Positions 9,722 to 22,700 of a DNA stretch of 64,000 bases are shown here, one piece after another. How positions within the stretch are numbered: position 1 is the first letter of the stretch; every line of letters starts with the position of its first letter. Made by a program: the position numbers and the translations under genes. Source of the stretch: Gammaproteobacteria bacterium (GTDB lineage: Bacteria; Pseudomonadota; Gammaproteobacteria; Pseudomonadales; Azotimanducaceae); the NCBI GenBank assembly GCA_002690865.1, contig NZGG01000009.1, forward strand, positions 20,725 through 84,724, in the 5' to 3' direction. The notes under the pieces were generated by a model, which had not been told where the DNA came from, did no database searches, and saw nothing but the letters and a program-made list of their open reading frames with translations.

Positions 9722-10551
9722 ATTAGTTTCTCTCTAACTATGCATTGAGCTATCCTGAGAGATGCTACCGTTTCTTTGACATCATGTACCCGTAAAACCT
9801 TTGCGCCATTTAAACTCGCTATTAATGCAGCTGTGACACTGCCAACTTTAAGAGTTTTTTCAAAATCACCTAGAATTTTTTTTATTGTGCTCTTTCGAGA
9901 TACCCCGATCAAAATTGGCAAGCCAAAGCTTTTAAATTGTCCCAATCGGTTTATTAATTCAAAGTTATGTAACATGGTTTTACCAAATCCAAATCCTGGG
10001 TCAATGACCAAGCGATTACTTTCGATCCCTGCGGCGCAGCAGGCGCTTATTCGCTCCCTAAAAAAATCACAAATTTCGTCTATTAAGTTTCCGTAAGTAG
10101 GATTGTCCTGCATATTGCTTGGCTCACCTTTCATATGCATCAAGCATACAGTAAGACCGCTTGCTGCGGCGGTCTCTAGCGCGCCTTCCTTGGCTAAACT
10201 TCTGACGTCATTTATTATGTCACAACCTGCTAAAGCAGCCTGCCGCATAACTTCTGGGTTACTCGTATCAACAGAGACACATACATCGGAATTTTCGCGA
10301 ATTCTCTCGATTACAGGTATTACTCTATCAAGCTCAGAGTTTTGAGAGACTGACATCGCGCCGGGTCTGGTTGATTCTCCTCCAACATCAACGATATCAG
10401 CTTTTTCGTCTACCATGGTGAGAGCCCTCTCGACAGCAGCATCTGCTTCAAAATAGTGGCCCCCGTCTGAAAATGAATCTGGAGTTACATTCAACACCCC
10501 CATCACTAAGGGCCTCTCCTCACCAAGAAGCAACTCAAACCTTGAGGTCAT
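9718..10551 (-). CDS. folP: dihydropteroate synthase
   Basis: 277 aa with MGVLNVTPDSFSDGG and DVGGESTRPG. ftsH-folP-glmM synteny. Confidence 0.96.
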   Translation of the reverse strand: MTSRFELLLGEERPLVMGVLNVTPDSFSDGGHYFEADAAVERALTMVDEKADIVDVGGESTRPGAMSVSQNSELDRVIPVIERIRENSDVCVSVDTSNPEVMRQAALAGCDIINDVRSLAKEGALETAAASGLTVCLMHMKGEPSNMQDNPTYGNLIDEICDFFRERISACCAAGIESNRLVIDPGFGFGKTMLHNFELINRLGQFKSFGLPILIGVSRKSTIKKILGDFEKTLKVGSVTAALIASLNGAKVLRVHDVKETVASLRIAQCIVREKLI

Positions 10552-10560
10552 AAAAACGGA

Positions 10561-12468
10561 TTAAAGATCTGCAGCTGGACCCCCAACGGAACCCGAAGAA
10601 CGCCTTTCTTGCTTGTGTGATTCAGCAGAAGCGGAGCCTTTGTCGTCCCAATCCGCAGGCGGTCTTGGTTTTCTTCCATTCATAATATCATCGATCTGAT
10701 CGCGATCGATTGTTTCATACTCCAAAAGAGTTTCGGCCATCATATCTAACTTATCTCTATTATTTTCTAATAATTGTTTTGCTCTAGCGTAACAATCATC
10801 GATAATTGATTTGACCTCCTTATCAATTTTACTTGCTGTATCCACCGAAACCGACGATCTACTAGATCCAGCAGATTTCCCCAGGAAAACTTCCTCGTCC
10901 TCTTCATCATACATAAGAGGCCCTAAGTTTTCGGACAAACCCCATTTGGTAACCATCGCTCGAGCCATCTTAGTGGCGCGCTCTATATCGTTGGCTGCAC
11001 CAGTAGTGATACCTTCCGCACCCAAAGTAAGCTCTTCTGCAATTCTTCCCCCAAAAAGCGCACAAATTTGACTAAATATCGACCGTTTGCTCAGAGAATA
11101 TCGATCCTCTTCGGGCAAAAACATAGTGACTCCAAGAGCCCTTCCTCTGGGGATGATGGTCACCTTATAGCTAGGGTCATGTTCCGGGACTAAGTAGCCA
11201 ACGATGCAATGCCCTGCCTCATGGTACGCAGTGTTACTTTTCTCTTTTTCAGACATGACCATACTTTTGCGTTCTGCCCCCATCATGATCTTGTCTTTAG
11301 CTTGATCAAGCTCAGCCATGCAAACTGTCCGCTTATCCTTCCTTGCAGCAAACAACGCCGCCTCATTGACCAAATTTGCTAAATCTGCCCCCGAGAATCC
11401 TGGAGTCCCTCGAGCTATCACCGCAGGCTCTACATCCTGCGCCAGAGGTACTTTCCTCATATGCACCTTAAGAATTTGCTCGCGACCACGGATATCAGGT
11501 AAAGAAACTACTACTTGACGATCGAACCTGCCCGGTCTAAGCAAAGCCGGATCAAGCACATCTGGCCTGTTAGTGGATGCTATAACGATGATACCTTCGT
11601 TACCATCAAAGCCATCCATTTCAACAAGAAGCTGATTTAAAGTCTGCTCGCGCTCATCATGTCCCCCGCCCAAACCAGCGCCCCTGTGGCGGCCAACCGC
11701 ATCTATTTCATCGATAAATATAATACAAGGCGTTTGTTTTTTTGCCTGATCAAACATATCTCGAACCCTAGAAGCTCCTACCCCTACAAACATTTCTACG
11801 AAATCGGACCCTGATATGGAAAAGAAGGGCACCTTAGCTTCGCCCGCAATCGCGCGCGCCAACAAGGTTTTTCCAGTGCCTGGCTGGCCCACCATCAATA
11901 TGCCTCTGGGGATTCTTCCCCCCAGTTTTTGGAACTTATCGGGGTCCTGAAGGAACTCTACAAGCTCCTGAACATCTTCTTTAGCTTCATCAACACCCGC
12001 GACATCCGCAAAAGTCGTCTTGATCTGATCTTCGCCAAGTAATTTTGCCTTACTCTTTCCAAATGTAAGCGGGCCACCACGACCACCAGCACCCCCTTGC
12101 ATTTGACGCATGAAAAACATAAAAACAGCGATAATAACCAATATCGGAAAGCTAGCTACAAGCAATTGTGTCCAAATGCTCTGTTGCTCGGGCTTGTTAC
12201 CCTTGAAGTTGACATTGTGATCTAAAAGATCATCAATTAATGCATTGTCGGAGATTTGCGGCTGAATAGTTTCAAAACTTTCACCCGTATATCTATTACC
12301 TGTGATGGTCTGTCCGTTTACCTCAATATCTCGAACTTGGCCCTTATTGACTAGTTCAAGAAAAGTTGAATAGTCAATCTCGTCAGAACCATCCTTTATT
12401 TGAAAATTCTGAAATACTGTTAACAACACCGCCGCGATAATTAACCAGAGTAATAAATTTTTCCCCAT
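10561..12468 (-). CDS. ftsH: ATP-dependent zinc metalloprotease FtsH
   Basis: Walker [12 protein letters not shown], second region of homology, zinc motif HEAGH. Start trimmed to the ATG at 12468 ([16 protein letters not shown]), matching the E. coli MAKNLILWLVIAVVL. The track start at 12477 is GTG. Confidence 0.97.
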   Translation of the reverse strand: MGKNLLLWLIIAAVLLTVFQNFQIKDGSDEIDYSTFLELVNKGQVRDIEVNGQTITGNRYTGESFETIQPQISDNALIDDLLDHNVNFKGNKPEQQSIWTQLLVASFPILVIIAVFMFFMRQMQGGAGGRGGPLTFGKSKAKLLGEDQIKTTFADVAGVDEAKEDVQELVEFLQDPDKFQKLGGRIPRGILMVGQPGTGKTLLARAIAGEAKVPFFSISGSDFVEMFVGVGASRVRDMFDQAKKQTPCIIFIDEIDAVGRHRGAGLGGGHDEREQTLNQLLVEMDGFDGNEGIIVIASTNRPDVLDPALLRPGRFDRQVVVSLPDIRGREQILKVHMRKVPLAQDVEPAVIARGTPGFSGADLANLVNEAALFAARKDKRTVCMAELDQAKDKIMMGAERKSMVMSEKEKSNTAYHEAGHCIVGYLVPEHDPSYKVTIIPRGRALGVTMFLPEEDRYSLSKRSIFSQICALFGGRIAEELTLGAEGITTGAANDIERATKMARAMVTKWGLSENLGPLMYDEEDEEVFLGKSAGSSRSSVSVDTASKIDKEVKSIIDDCYARAKQLLENNRDKLDMMAETLLEYETIDRDQIDDIMNGRKPRPPADWDDKGSASAESHKQERRSSGSVGGPAADL

Positions 12469-12553
12469 ATCATTCACTTAAAATTCCTCAGCATGAGATA
12501 CAATTCCGTTATTTTATACCTCAGCAATATTTCTGCCACGGCGTTCCCCAAAT

Positions 12554-13177
12554 TTATCCAATGAAATTTCGTCCGATAAGATAAATTTCCCGGGACCGGT
12601 TACTGGACGCATTTGGCTTAAAGCTATTAAATCTTTTAAACTTCTGTCGAAATGTACGTCGCAAGTCATTTATTCCCGATCCTTCAAAACATTTAATCAT
12701 CAATGATCCGCCCGGACGCAAAATTTTAGCGACAAATTCCAGCGCCATTTCCACTAAATAAATTGAGTTGGGCTGATCAACCTCCTTTACTCCACTAAAG
12801 TTGGGGGCCATATCGGAAATTACAAGGTCTACGGGCTGCCCATTTATTAAATTTAATAACTTCTCTTCAGTTGAGTCTTCACAAAAATTACCTTTAATAA
12901 AATCCACACCCTCTAATGGCGCCATTTCAAGGAGATCAACTGCAATAACGCGACCTTTCGTACCCACCTGTTTCCGAGCAATCTGCGAAAAACCACCAGG
13001 AGATGCTCCTAAATCAACGACAAACTGACCTAATTCCATTAGGCCATATTTCTCTTGAATCTGAAGCAACTTGTAACTAGCGCGTGACCGCAGTCCTCTA
13101 TGTCGAGCAGCTTTAACATAACTATCCCTCTCATGCTCGCTCAACCACCGTTTACTTGAACCTGATTTTCTAGACAT
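12554..13177 (-). CDS. rlmE: 23S rRNA (U2552-2'-O)-methyltransferase
   Basis: 207 aa of the FtsJ/RrmJ family (LRSRASYKL, VVDLGASPGGFSQ, DLVISDMAPN). Directly upstream of ftsH. Confidence 0.95.
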   Translation of the reverse strand: MSRKSGSSKRWLSEHERDSYVKAARHRGLRSRASYKLLQIQEKYGLMELGQFVVDLGASPGGFSQIARKQVGTKGRVIAVDLLEMAPLEGVDFIKGNFCEDSTEEKLLNLINGQPVDLVISDMAPNFSGVKEVDQPNSIYLVEMALEFVAKILRPGGSLMIKCFEGSGINDLRRTFRQKFKRFNSFKPNASSNRSREIYLIGRNFIG

Positions 13178-13244
13178 GCAGTTATCTCTATTAGTTGTGA
13201 AGTCTTCAGGCTAGAATGTCTTGGAGCCCACTTCCTCTTTACTA

Positions 13245-13556
13245 ATGTTAACCTCAAAGCAGAAAAAACGTTTTCGCACTATCGGACATACCCTCAAACC
13301 AGTTGTCACGATCTCTCGCAATGCTATTAGCTTAGGCGTTAACACTGAAATAGAAAGGGCACTCAAAGATCACGAGCTAATCAAGGTAAAGATACTAGCG
13401 GAAGATAGGGCATTAAAAAAAGAGTTAATTCAGATTATTATCAACGAGCACAATTCGAATCTAATTCAATTAATTGGCAATATTGCTTTAATCTATCGAG
13501 CGGCGGAGAAACCCAATCCAGCGCTATCAAATATCATACGCAGCAACATATTCTGA
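13245..13556 (+). CDS. yhbY: CRM-domain RNA-binding protein YhbY
   Basis: MLTSKQKKRFRTIGHTLKPVV...HELIKVKI aligns with E. coli YhbY. Divergent from rlmE, as in enterics. Start trimmed from the TTG at 13221 to the ATG at 13245. Confidence 0.88.
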   Translation: MLTSKQKKRFRTIGHTLKPVVTISRNAISLGVNTEIERALKDHELIKVKILAEDRALKKELIQIIINEHNSNLIQLIGNIALIYRAAEKPNPALSNIIRSNIF

Positions 13557-13571
13557 AGCCAGTGGTGGTGG

Positions 13572-14048
13572 CTAAAGATGCTCGATTAACTTGACCTCTA
13601 ACTCGACATCACCGTTTGGGGTCTTCACGACTGCGACATCACCAACCTCCTTTCCAACTAATGCTCTAGCAAAAGGCGAATATACCGATAGCTTATTTAA
13701 CTTAAGATCTGATTCATCATCTCCCACTATCTTGTACACAGATTCCGCATCATCCTCTAAGTTAATCACCGTGACCGTAACGCCGAATATAATCCTGCCA
13801 CTAGAAGCAATATCCCTCACATCGATAATCTGTGCGAGAGATAGCTTATTCTCAATTTCTAGAATTCTGCCTTCGATGAATCCTTGCTCTTCCTTCGCAT
13901 ATTGAAATTCAGCATTTTCTCGAAGATCACCCTGCTCTAGTGCCTCTGCTATGGCTTTGATTATTCTTGGTCGCTCAATTGACTTTAGCCGATCCAATTC
14001 GGCACGAAGCGTATCTGCCCCGTATGGGGTCATCGGAATTTTATCCAT
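13572..14048 (-). CDS. greA: transcription elongation factor GreA
   Basis: 158 aa. N-terminal coiled coil ([18 protein letters not shown]) and a C-terminal FKBP-like domain. Confidence 0.96.
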   Translation of the reverse strand: MDKIPMTPYGADTLRAELDRLKSIERPRIIKAIAEALEQGDLRENAEFQYAKEEQGFIEGRILEIENKLSLAQIIDVRDIASSGRIIFGVTVTVINLEDDAESVYKIVGDDESDLKLNKLSVYSPFARALVGKEVGDVAVVKTPNGDVELEVKLIEHL

Positions 14049-14109
14049 CTTTTTCTCCCAGAGACTCAGCTACCATAAGTGTCGGCTGGAAAGAAACTTT
14101 TGTCCAGTT

Positions 14110-17100
14110 TCACGACATAGATAAGTGCAAGTCCTGCAAGCGGTGAACCGAAATATCTGCACCATGACGGACTGCAGCAATACTTGCTCTGCCACCTGCC
14201 ATGGTTGTCGTGTAGCAAACTTTTTGCTGAAGAGCTGTACGACGAATAGCAAATGAATCAGCGATAGCTTGTTTACCTTCGGTAGTATTTATTATGAAAT
14301 CAATTTGATGATTCTTAAGCATATCTACTACATGAGGACGACCCTCTATTACTTTATTCACAATCTTAACTTCCATACCGGCATCCGAAATAATTCGAGC
14401 GCTCCCACGAGTAGCTAAAATATTAAACCCAAGACTCAGTAAATCTTGCGCAAGCTCTGGTAACTGAGCCTTGTCAGCATCCCGAACACTAACAAATACG
14501 GAGCCCTTTTCTGGTATCTGGTCTCCAGCCGCAGCCTGGGCTTTCGAATAAGCCTCCCCGAAAGTCTTTCCAATGCCCATGACCTCACCGGTTGATTTCA
14601 TCTCTGGGCCTAATATTGGATCAACACCAGGAAATTTTCCGAAGGGGAAAACAGCCTCTTTAACATTATAGAATTCCGGAATAATCTCTTGAGTATATCC
14701 CTGCTCTGCCAAGCTCGTACCAGCCATACAGCGAGCAGCAACTTTAGCTAAGGAAACACCGATGCATTTTGAAACGAACGGCACAGTGCGTGATGCTCTA
14801 GGATTTACTTCTAGAACATAGATATCATTATTTTGGACCGCTAATTGCACATTCATGAGGCCAACAACTTTTAACTCTAGCGCCATAGATTTTACCTGCT
14901 CTCGCATAGAGTCCATCAAATTTTTCCCAAGACTATAGGGTGGTAATGAGCAGGCCGAATCCCCTGAATGTACACCAGCTTGTTCGATATGTTCCATAAT
15001 AGAACCGATAACAACTTGGTTACCGTCGCACACAGCATCAATATCTACTTCAATTGCTTGATCGAGAAATCGATCAAGTAGAACTGGCGATCTATCGGAG
15101 ACTTGCACTGCTTCCTGCATATACTTTGCCAGTTCAGCGTCATCATGCACTATTTCCATAGCCCGGCCGCCTAATACGTAAGATGGCCGAACTACCAGGG
15201 GATAACCAATCTGGTTGGCAGAGGCTATACCTTCATCAACACGTTTTATCGTTTTATTAGGGGGTTGTCTCAATTTAAGAGTATCAATCATTTCTTGAAA
15301 GCGCTCTCTATCTTCAGCTCGGTCTATAGCATCAGGAGACGTACCCATGATGGGAACACCAGCTATTTCAAGATCTCGAGCTAGCTTCAGGGGTGTTTGT
15401 CCTCCAAACTGCACTATCAAGCCTTTGGGTTTCTCTAAATCAACAATTGATAATACGTCTTCGAGCGTAAGGGGTTCAAAATATAAACGATCCGAAGTGT
15501 CATAGTCCGTCGAAACTGTTTCTGGATTGCAATTCACCATGATCGTTTCATACCCATCTTCACGCATCGCCATAGCTGCATGGACACAACAATAGTCAAA
15601 TTCGATACCTTGGCCAATTCTATTAGGGCCACCGCCAAGAACTATAATTTTATCTCGATTACTTGGTCTTGCCTCACATTCGTGCTCATAAGTCGAATAC
15701 ATGTACGCGGTAGTTGTCTCAAATTCAGCAGCACAGGTGTCAACCCTCTTGTAAACAGGGCGGACACCAAGAGCTAAACGATGGTCACGAACATCTGATT
15801 CCGATTCAGTTAGGACGGTGGCAAGTCTTGAGTCAGAAAATCCACGCTGCTTGAGCCTAAACATTTCATGCTTAGAAATGTCTATAAGCTTTAAGTTGGT
15901 TATACTTTCCTCAACGGAAATAATGTCTTGAATTTGTGAAAGAAACCACGGGTCAATGCCCGTTAGCTCCTTAACCTCTTCTAATTCGAACCCTTTACGA
16001 AACGCGTCCGCAACATACCGGATACGGTCTGCGCTGGGAACTTGCAATTCCTGACGCAGGACTGTCTCAAAATCAAATTTCTCGGTTATTATCGGAGTAA
16101 GACCATCTATGCCTGTTTCCAATCCTCTAAGTGCTTTTTGCAGAGACTCCTGAAAAGTTCTACCCATCGCCATCACTTCCCCTACCGATTTCATCTGAGT
16201 AGTTAATACTCTCTCTGCCTGGGGGAATTTCTCGAAAGTGAAACGAGGGATCTTAGTCACAATATAGTCTATCGATGGCTCGAATGAAGCGGGAGTCCTA
16301 CCCCCTGTAATTTCATTAGATAACTCATCAAGGGTATAACCCACGGCTAACTTAGCAGCAACCTTCGCAATGGGGAAACCAGTCGCTTTAGAGGCTAATG
16401 CAGAAGATCTAGATACCCTAGGATTCATCTCAATAACAACAAGCCGGCCCGTGTTTGGATCCACAGCAAATTGAACATTAGACCCCCCGGTTTCAACTCC
16501 GATGGCTCTTAGCACCTCAAGGGAGGCATTCCGCATAATCTGATATTCTTTATCGGTAAGAGTTTGTGCCGGCGCTATAGTGATCGAATCACCAGTATGA
16601 ATGCCCATTGGGTCGAGGTTCTCGATGGAACATACAATAATACAATTATCGTTTTTATCTCTAACGACCTCCATCTCATACTCTTTCCATCCAAGTAAGG
16701 ATTCATCTATGAGTAATTCTGTTGTAGGCGATAGATCAAGGCCACGAATACAAATCTCTTCGAAATCTTCGTGATTGTAGGCAATCCCGCCTCCGCTTCC
16801 ACCCATCGTAAAAGAGGGTCGAATAACACAAGGGAAGCCCAGTAATTCCTGAGCCGCTTTAGCCTCTTCGAGGGAGTGAGCTATCGCACTGCGCGGCGTT
16901 TCGAGGCCAATAGATTTCATTACTTCGTCGAACTGCTGACGATCCTCTGCTCGGTCAATAGCGTCTTTCGTAGCTCCGATCAACTCAACCCTATAATGCT
17001 CAAGAATGCCCTCTCTAGCCAAATCAAGAGCGCAATTCAAAGCTGTTTGCCCACCCATTGTAGGTAACAAGGCATCTGGCCGCTCCTTATCGATTATGTT

Positions 17101-17325
17101 AGCCACGTTTCTCCATAAAACGGGTTCAATGTATGTCGCGTCTGCCATAGAAGGATCAGTCATTATCGTCGCAGGATTTGAATTGACCAAAATGACACGA
17201 AATCCTTCTTCACGAAGAGCTTTACATGCCTGAGCCCCAGAATAATCAAACTCACATGCTTGTCCAATTACTATCGGTCCAGCACCTATGATTAAAATAC
17301 TTTTAATATCGTTTCTCTTAGGCAT
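14110..17325 (-). CDS. carB: carbamoyl-phosphate synthase large subunit
   Basis: 1071 aa with a duplicated ATP-grasp architecture. N-terminus [30 protein letters not shown]. 8-nt overlap with carA. Confidence 0.98.
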   Translation of the reverse strand: MPKRNDIKSILIIGAGPIVIGQACEFDYSGAQACKALREEGFRVILVNSNPATIMTDPSMADATYIEPVLWRNVANIIDKERPDALLPTMGGQTALNCALDLAREGILEHYRVELIGATKDAIDRAEDRQQFDEVMKSIGLETPRSAIAHSLEEAKAAQELLGFPCVIRPSFTMGGSGGGIAYNHEDFEEICIRGLDLSPTTELLIDESLLGWKEYEMEVVRDKNDNCIIVCSIENLDPMGIHTGDSITIAPAQTLTDKEYQIMRNASLEVLRAIGVETGGSNVQFAVDPNTGRLVVIEMNPRVSRSSALASKATGFPIAKVAAKLAVGYTLDELSNEITGGRTPASFEPSIDYIVTKIPRFTFEKFPQAERVLTTQMKSVGEVMAMGRTFQESLQKALRGLETGIDGLTPIITEKFDFETVLRQELQVPSADRIRYVADAFRKGFELEEVKELTGIDPWFLSQIQDIISVEESITNLKLIDISKHEMFRLKQRGFSDSRLATVLTESESDVRDHRLALGVRPVYKRVDTCAAEFETTTAYMYSTYEHECEARPSNRDKIIVLGGGPNRIGQGIEFDYCCVHAAMAMREDGYETIMVNCNPETVSTDYDTSDRLYFEPLTLEDVLSIVDLEKPKGLIVQFGGQTPLKLARDLEIAGVPIMGTSPDAIDRAEDRERFQEMIDTLKLRQPPNKTIKRVDEGIASANQIGYPLVVRPSYVLGGRAMEIVHDDAELAKYMQEAVQVSDRSPVLLDRFLDQAIEVDIDAVCDGNQVVIGSIMEHIEQAGVHSGDSACSLPPYSLGKNLMDSMREQVKSMALELKVVGLMNVQLAVQNNDIYVLEVNPRASRTVPFVSKCIGVSLAKVAARCMAGTSLAEQGYTQEIIPEFYNVKEAVFPFGKFPGVDPILGPEMKSTGEVMGIGKTFGEAYSKAQAAAGDQIPEKGSVFVSVRDADKAQLPELAQDLLSLGFNILATRGSARIISDAGMEVKIVNKVIEGRPHVVDMLKNHQIDFIINTTEGKQAIADSFAIRRTALQQKVCYTTTMAGGRASIAAVRHGADISVHRLQDLHLSMS

Positions 17326-18460
17326 GCTTTTGTCTGCTCATCAATTCAACAAAGTGGTCAAAAAGCGAACCTGCATCATGAGGGCCCGGGCTAGCTTCGG
17401 GATGCCCTTGAAATCCGAAGGCGGGATAGTCTGAGAGATGTATCCCCTGAAGCGACTTATCAAATAATGAACGATGCGTCACTACCACATTATCAGGTAA
17501 CGCTTTATCATCAATGCAAAACCCATGATTTTGACTAGTGATCATTACAGTCCCATTAACTAAATCTTTCACAGGATGGTTAGCTCCATGATGACCGTGA
17601 CCCATTTTTTTTGTGGACATCCCGGCTGACAAAGCTAATAACTGTAGGCCCAGGCAGATACCGAATATCGGGGTCTTTGTTTCTAAAATTTTAGTGATTG
17701 CCGAAATTGCGTACTTACAAGGATCGGGGTCTCCCGGACCGTTCGATAAAAATACCCCGTCGGGATCCAACGACAAAACCTCCTTCGCCGAAGTTTTCGC
17801 AGGCACCACTGTAACTCTGCAACCTCGGTCCACCAACATTCTTAAGATGTTCTTTTTCACACCAAAATCATAGGCGACAACATGGAAACGAGAGACACCC
17901 AGACTCGGATAGCCTTTCCCAAGCCGCCAAGTGCCTTCTCCCCATTCGTAAGTTTTTTTAACAGAAACCTTCTCGGCCAAATCCATACCTTTCAATCCTG
18001 GGAAGCTCTTCGCTTTCATTATAGCTTCGGCTCGATGCATATCACTGAGTTCTGATGAGGCAATAACGCATCCGTTTAAAGCCCCATTTTTTCTTAGCAC
18101 TCGAGTCAATCTTCTCGTATCAATCTCGGCAATTCCGATAATATGATGACGCTTGAGGTAATTTGATAAGGACTCTTGTTCCCTCCAACTGCTAGCCATT
18201 AAGGGTAAATCACGAATAATAAGACCCTCTGACCATACCTTACTAGACTCCTCATCCTCCAAAGTGAAGCCAGTATTTCCAATATGCGGATGAGTCAATG
18301 TAACAATCTGTCTAGCGTAAGAAGGGTCTGAAAGTATCTCTTGATAACCAGTCATCGCAGTATTAAATACAACCTCTCCAATCGCCTCACCAAAAGCTCC
18401 AATCGCTAAACCATCAAAGACCATCTCGTTCTCAAGTGCAAGCGTAGCGTTACTGATCAA
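17318..18460 (-). CDS. carA: carbamoyl-phosphate synthase small (glutaminase) subunit
   Basis: 380 aa. GICLGLQ nucleophile elbow and [11 protein letters not shown] start at 18460 preceded by GGAGG. The N-terminus aligns from residue 1 with E. coli CarA, which I recall also uses UUG. Confidence 0.96.
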   Translation of the reverse strand: MISNATLALENEMVFDGLAIGAFGEAIGEVVFNTAMTGYQEILSDPSYARQIVTLTHPHIGNTGFTLEDEESSKVWSEGLIIRDLPLMASSWREQESLSNYLKRHHIIGIAEIDTRRLTRVLRKNGALNGCVIASSELSDMHRAEAIMKAKSFPGLKGMDLAEKVSVKKTYEWGEGTWRLGKGYPSLGVSRFHVVAYDFGVKKNILRMLVDRGCRVTVVPAKTSAKEVLSLDPDGVFLSNGPGDPDPCKYAISAITKILETKTPIFGICLGLQLLALSAGMSTKKMGHGHHGANHPVKDLVNGTVMITSQNHGFCIDDKALPDNVVVTHRSLFDKSLQGIHLSDYPAFGFQGHPEASPGPHDAGSLFDHFVELMSRQKHA

Positions 18461-18490
18461 GAGTAAGCCTCCAAATAAAGTTTAGAACTC

Positions 18491-18525
18491 AAAAAAAAGC
18501 GAGACCGGAACTACTTCCGTCTCGC
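18491..18525 (-). terminator. strong rho-independent terminator hairpin downstream of dapB and 30 nt upstream of the carA start
   Basis: Minus sense: GCGAGACGGAAg-tag-TTCCGGTCTCGC (one bulge) followed by TTTTTTTT. Confidence 0.7.
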
Positions 18526-18601
18526 TTTCTAATCTAATTACGAAGGGGTGTCATACTGGCACGCAAGTTTAAAAGAAGCGCGGCTCCGTTTCCAGAAAAA
18601 G

Positions 18602-19417
18602 TTATATCTTAATTGAATTGATTCCTAGAACGTCCTGCATATTAAACAGGCCTTTAGACTTGTTTGAAATGAATTCAGCGGCTCTTAAGGCTCCTTGAGC
18701 AAAGTTCGCACGACTTTGAGCACGATGAATAATTTCTATTCGCTCACCCTCACTCACGAAGGCCACAGTATGATCACCAACTATATCTCCTGCTCGCAAG
18801 GAGTGAAATCCAATAGCTTTTTTAGGCCTTTCTTGAGAAAGGCCAGATCGATCATACACAGCAACATCTTCTAGATCCCTATTTAACTGCGACGCTACAA
18901 CCTCGCCAAGCGTCAGGGCTGTACCTGATGGCGCATCGACTTTATGACGATGATGGGCCTCTATAATCTCTACATCCACATCATCACCAAGAATCGCTGC
19001 AGCCATTTCTACTAGCTTGAATGTGGTATTTACACCCACACTAAAATTTGAGGCATGTACAATTGGTATTGTGCTTGAAGCCGCGACTATCTCCGAGCTT
19101 TCAGCTTCATTAAGACCGGTAGTACCAATTACCATCTTTCGATCATTAGCCAAACAAATATCGACGTTACCTACGGTAGATTTTGCGATAGTGAAATCGA
19201 TTAGTATTGCAAAATTCACACACGCGGCTCCCAGATCATCTGTAATATTTATTCCATTTTTACCGACGCCTGCAAACTCTCCCGAGTCAACCCCTATAAC
19301 TGGCGATCCCGAATACTCTATGGCTGCAGTAAGACTAAATTTATCCGATCCACTTATGGCCTGGACAAGACTCTTTCCCATTTTCCCCGCCGCACCTACT
19401 ACCCCCACATTAATCAT
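18602..19417 (-). CDS. dapB: 4-hydroxy-tetrahydrodipicolinate reductase
   Basis: MINVGVVGAAGKMGKSL (Rossmann) and EAHHRHKVDAPSGTA. Start trimmed to the ATG at 19417. The longer track ORF would abut the dnaJ stop. Confidence 0.95.
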   Translation of the reverse strand: MINVGVVGAAGKMGKSLVQAISGSDKFSLTAAIEYSGSPVIGVDSGEFAGVGKNGINITDDLGAACVNFAILIDFTIAKSTVGNVDICLANDRKMVIGTTGLNEAESSEIVAASSTIPIVHASNFSVGVNTTFKLVEMAAAILGDDVDVEIIEAHHRHKVDAPSGTALTLGEVVASQLNRDLEDVAVYDRSGLSQERPKKAIGFHSLRAGDIVGDHTVAFVSEGERIEIIHRAQSRANFAQGALRAAEFISNKSKGLFNMQDVLGINSIKI

Positions 19418-19477
19418 TATTAATCTTCCAGATATAAAGTCCTGAGAGTATACGATGTAATATACTTTGAGACTCAA

Positions 19478-20602
19478 TTAATCAGTTAGAGTAGCTATAA
19501 ACTTTTTGACGCCTTCGAACCAAGAGGCCTGCTGAGGCGATTGTTTATCGCTACTTTCTCTCGCAAATTCTTGAAGCAAGTCTTTTTGTTTTCTTGACAA
19601 ATTGATCGGTGTTTCTAACACCATACGACAATACAAGTCCCCTACGCCTCCCCCTCTGACTTGAGTCACGTCTACTCCCTTACCACGAAGACGAAATAAT
19701 TTCCCTGTCTGAGTCTCCGCCGGGATCTTTAAATTAACTTTCCCTTCCAAGGTTGGCACTTCAAGCTCACCTCCTATCGCAGCACAAACAAAACCAATTG
19801 GTACTTCACAATAGAGATTCTCCCCCTCGCGAGTAAAAATTGGGTGATCCTCAACTTCGACCTGAACATATAGGTCGCCAGGAGGACCTCCATTTAAGCC
19901 CGCTTCTCCTTGACCAGAAAGTCTAATTCTGTCGCCGCTATCAACACCTGGAGGAACTTTTACCGAAAGTGTTTTTTCTTCTTGGTGACGCCCTTGCCCT
20001 TGGCATCTAGCACAAGGATCAGAAATCACCTTCCCTGCCCCGCGGCATCGAGGGCAAGTACTTTGCATCGAAAAGAAACCTTGACGGCTCGTCACTTGAC
20101 CAGTTCCCCCACATTGAACGCAATCAATGGGTGATGAGCCCTTCTTAGCTCCAGATCCAAGACACTCTGTACACTCGACGGATGTTGAAATCTTTATCTT
20201 AGGGTTCGCCCCTTTTACGGCATCTTCTAGCGAAAGGCCAAGCACATACTTTAAGTCAGAACCTCGATGAACACGCTGCCCTCCGCCACGGCCGCCACTA
20301 AAGATGTCACCAAATACATCCTCGAATATGGAACTGAAATTTCCTGAGCCACTAAATCCCCCTCCCGCTCCACCTTCAAATGCAGAATGACCAAATTGGT
20401 CATAGGCGGAACGCTTTTCTTGATCGGACAGAACTTCCGCAGCTTCACTAAGCTCCTTAAATTTTTCCTCCGCTTCCGAATCACCCGGGTTGCGATCCGG
20501 ATGATACTTCATAGCTAATCTTCTATAAGCCTTTTTAACATCACGTTCTGAAGCATCTCGCGAGACACCCAAGATCTCATAGTAATCTCGTTTTGTTGGC
20601 AT
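19478..20602 (-). CDS. dnaJ: chaperone DnaJ
   Basis: J-domain with HPD ([10 protein letters not shown]), a G/F-rich region and four CxxCxGxG zinc-finger repeats. Confidence 0.98.
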   Translation of the reverse strand: MPTKRDYYEILGVSRDASERDVKKAYRRLAMKYHPDRNPGDSEAEEKFKELSEAAEVLSDQEKRSAYDQFGHSAFEGGAGGGFSGSGNFSSIFEDVFGDIFSGGRGGGQRVHRGSDLKYVLGLSLEDAVKGANPKIKISTSVECTECLGSGAKKGSSPIDCVQCGGTGQVTSRQGFFSMQSTCPRCRGAGKVISDPCARCQGQGRHQEEKTLSVKVPPGVDSGDRIRLSGQGEAGLNGGPPGDLYVQVEVEDHPIFTREGENLYCEVPIGFVCAAIGGELEVPTLEGKVNLKIPAETQTGKLFRLRGKGVDVTQVRGGGVGDLYCRMVLETPINLSRKQKDLLQEFARESSDKQSPQQASWFEGVKKFIATLTD

Positions 20603-20713
20603 TATTATTTTGAGCTCACTCTAAGCATTGATTTTTCGGTAGGATTACTTCCGATCTTTATATGCAGCAAATCCTGGTCCATCCCAATTTTCTAGATCAA
20701 TAAACTTAACAAT

Positions 20714-22642
20714 CTACTTATCGTTATCTTTTACTTCTTCAAACTCTGCATCGACAGCATCGCCCTCGACCTCTTGACTATTAGCAGCATCACCGCTGGG
20801 TTGCTGACCATCTGTTTCCTGACCTTCCTCCGCATACATGCGTTGAGCCAAAGATGCAGACGCTTCTGTTAAAATTTGAACTTTCGAATCAATATCAAGC
20901 TTATTATCCCCCTTCATTACTTCTTCGAGGTCTTCAATTGCTGACTCGATACTCTTCTTCTCTTCATCTGTAACCTTATCCCCAGACTCTTCAAGAGTTT
21001 TTTTGGTCGCGTGGATCATACTATCGGCTGTGTTCCGTGACGTTATGAGTTCCTCAAATTTACGGTCTTCTTCTGCATGAGATTCCGCATCAGCTACCAT
21101 ACCTTCAATATCTTCATCGGAAAGCCCACTGGAGGCTTTGATCACAATAGATTGTTCCTTCCCAGTCGCTTTGTCCTTCGCGGACACATTCAAAATACCA
21201 TTTGCATCAAGATCAAAACTGACTTCGATTTGAGGTGCCCCACGTGGAGCAGGCGGTATATCGGACAAATCAAATCTACCCAAAGATTTATTCTGCCCAG
21301 CCTGTTTGCGTTCACCTTGCAGCACATGAATTGTAACCGCCGGCTGATTATCCTCTGCAGTAGAAAATACTTGGGCCTTCTTCGTTGGTATCGTAGTGTT
21401 CTTGTCGATAAGAATACTCATCACACCACCCATTGTTTCGATACCGAGAGAAAGAGGAGTGACATCCAGTAATAAAACATCCTTCACATCGCCGGACAAT
21501 ACAGCTGCCTGAATCGACGCACCCATTGCGACAGCTTCGTCTGGATTAACATCGCGACGAGGATCCTTCCCAAAAAACTCTTGAGCTTTCTTTTGGACAA
21601 GAGGCATTCGTGTTTGACCGCCAACAACAATGACATCATCAATTTCCGACACACTGACACCTGCGTCTTTGAGCGCAGTTCTTACCGGTTCCATAGTTCT
21701 TTCAACCAAATCTTCAACAAGCGACTCTAATTTAGCCTGAGTCAGTTTTATAACTAAGTGTTTAGGACCGGATTGATCAGCTGTAATATACGGTAGATTT
21801 ACCTCGGTCTGCCCACTGCTAGACAATTCAATCTTTGCCTTTTCTGCTGCTTCCTTTAGTCGCTGAAGAGCTAAAGGATCGCTATGTAGATCCATGCCGT
21901 GTTCTTTTTTAAACTCTTCAGCCAAATAATCTATAATTCTTAAGTCAAAGTCTTCACCGCCTAGAAATGTGTCGCCATTTGTCGATAAGACTTCGAACTG
22001 TTTTTCACCATCCACATCCGCAATTTCGATTATGGAAATATCGAAGGTTCCTCCTCCCAAGTCGTAAACGGCTATAGTGGAATCACCCGTTGCCTTATCC
22101 ATCCCATATGCCAACGCAGCTGCTGTCGGTTCGTTAATAATACGTTTAACATCAAGTCCCGCGATACGCCCTGCGTCTTTAGTGGCCTGCCTCTGAGAAT
22201 CGTTAAAATAAGCTGGGACTGTTATGACAGCTTCTGCAACCTCCTCTCCTAAATAATCCTCAGCAGTCTTCTTCATCTTGCTCAGTACTTGGGCTGATAT
22301 CTGTGGAGGAGCCATCTTATTACCATTAATTTCGACCCAAGCATCTCCATTATCAGCCTTCGCTATGTTGTACGGCACCATACTAATATCTCTTTGCACC
22401 ACGTCGTCTGCATATTGTCGCCCGATTAGGCGCTTTACAGCGAATACCGTATTCTGAGGATTACTGACAGCCTGTCGTTTCGCAGACTGGCCAACCAGTA
22501 TTTCTTCACCTTCAGCGTAACCGACTATCGACGGGGTCGTGCGATCGCCTTCCGAATTCTCAATGATTTTAGCGTCTTTGCCTTCCATCACTGCTACGCA
22601 GGAATTGGTAGTCCCCAAATCAATACCAATTATTTTTGCCAT
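20714..22642 (-). CDS. dnaK: chaperone DnaK (Hsp70)
   Basis: 642 aa with [17 protein letters not shown] and an acidic C-terminal tail. Confidence 0.99.
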   Translation of the reverse strand: MAKIIGIDLGTTNSCVAVMEGKDAKIIENSEGDRTTPSIVGYAEGEEILVGQSAKRQAVSNPQNTVFAVKRLIGRQYADDVVQRDISMVPYNIAKADNGDAWVEINGNKMAPPQISAQVLSKMKKTAEDYLGEEVAEAVITVPAYFNDSQRQATKDAGRIAGLDVKRIINEPTAAALAYGMDKATGDSTIAVYDLGGGTFDISIIEIADVDGEKQFEVLSTNGDTFLGGEDFDLRIIDYLAEEFKKEHGMDLHSDPLALQRLKEAAEKAKIELSSSGQTEVNLPYITADQSGPKHLVIKLTQAKLESLVEDLVERTMEPVRTALKDAGVSVSEIDDVIVVGGQTRMPLVQKKAQEFFGKDPRRDVNPDEAVAMGASIQAAVLSGDVKDVLLLDVTPLSLGIETMGGVMSILIDKNTTIPTKKAQVFSTAEDNQPAVTIHVLQGERKQAGQNKSLGRFDLSDIPPAPRGAPQIEVSFDLDANGILNVSAKDKATGKEQSIVIKASSGLSDEDIEGMVADAESHAEEDRKFEELITSRNTADSMIHATKKTLEESGDKVTDEEKKSIESAIEDLEEVMKGDNKLDIDSKVQILTEASASLAQRMYAEEGQETDGQQPSGDAANSQEVEGDAVDAEFEEVKDNDK

Positions 22643-22700
22643 ACTAAAATTTCTCCTTTCGTTCCGATAACTCTTCCGGATAAATGACTAACTTGGAAGC

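Noticed and set aside
13557-13573. Short hairpin AGCCA-gtggtgg-TGGCT between the convergent yhbY and greA, considered as a possible bidirectional terminator.
   Set aside because: Only a 5-bp stem with no T-tracts on either side, and it overlaps both stop codons. Too weak to call.
14070-14252. 60-aa minus-strand ORF overlapping the carB 3' end in another frame.
   Set aside because: It lies within the carB coding sequence, has no motif or Shine-Dalgarno sequence, and sits at the minimum length threshold.
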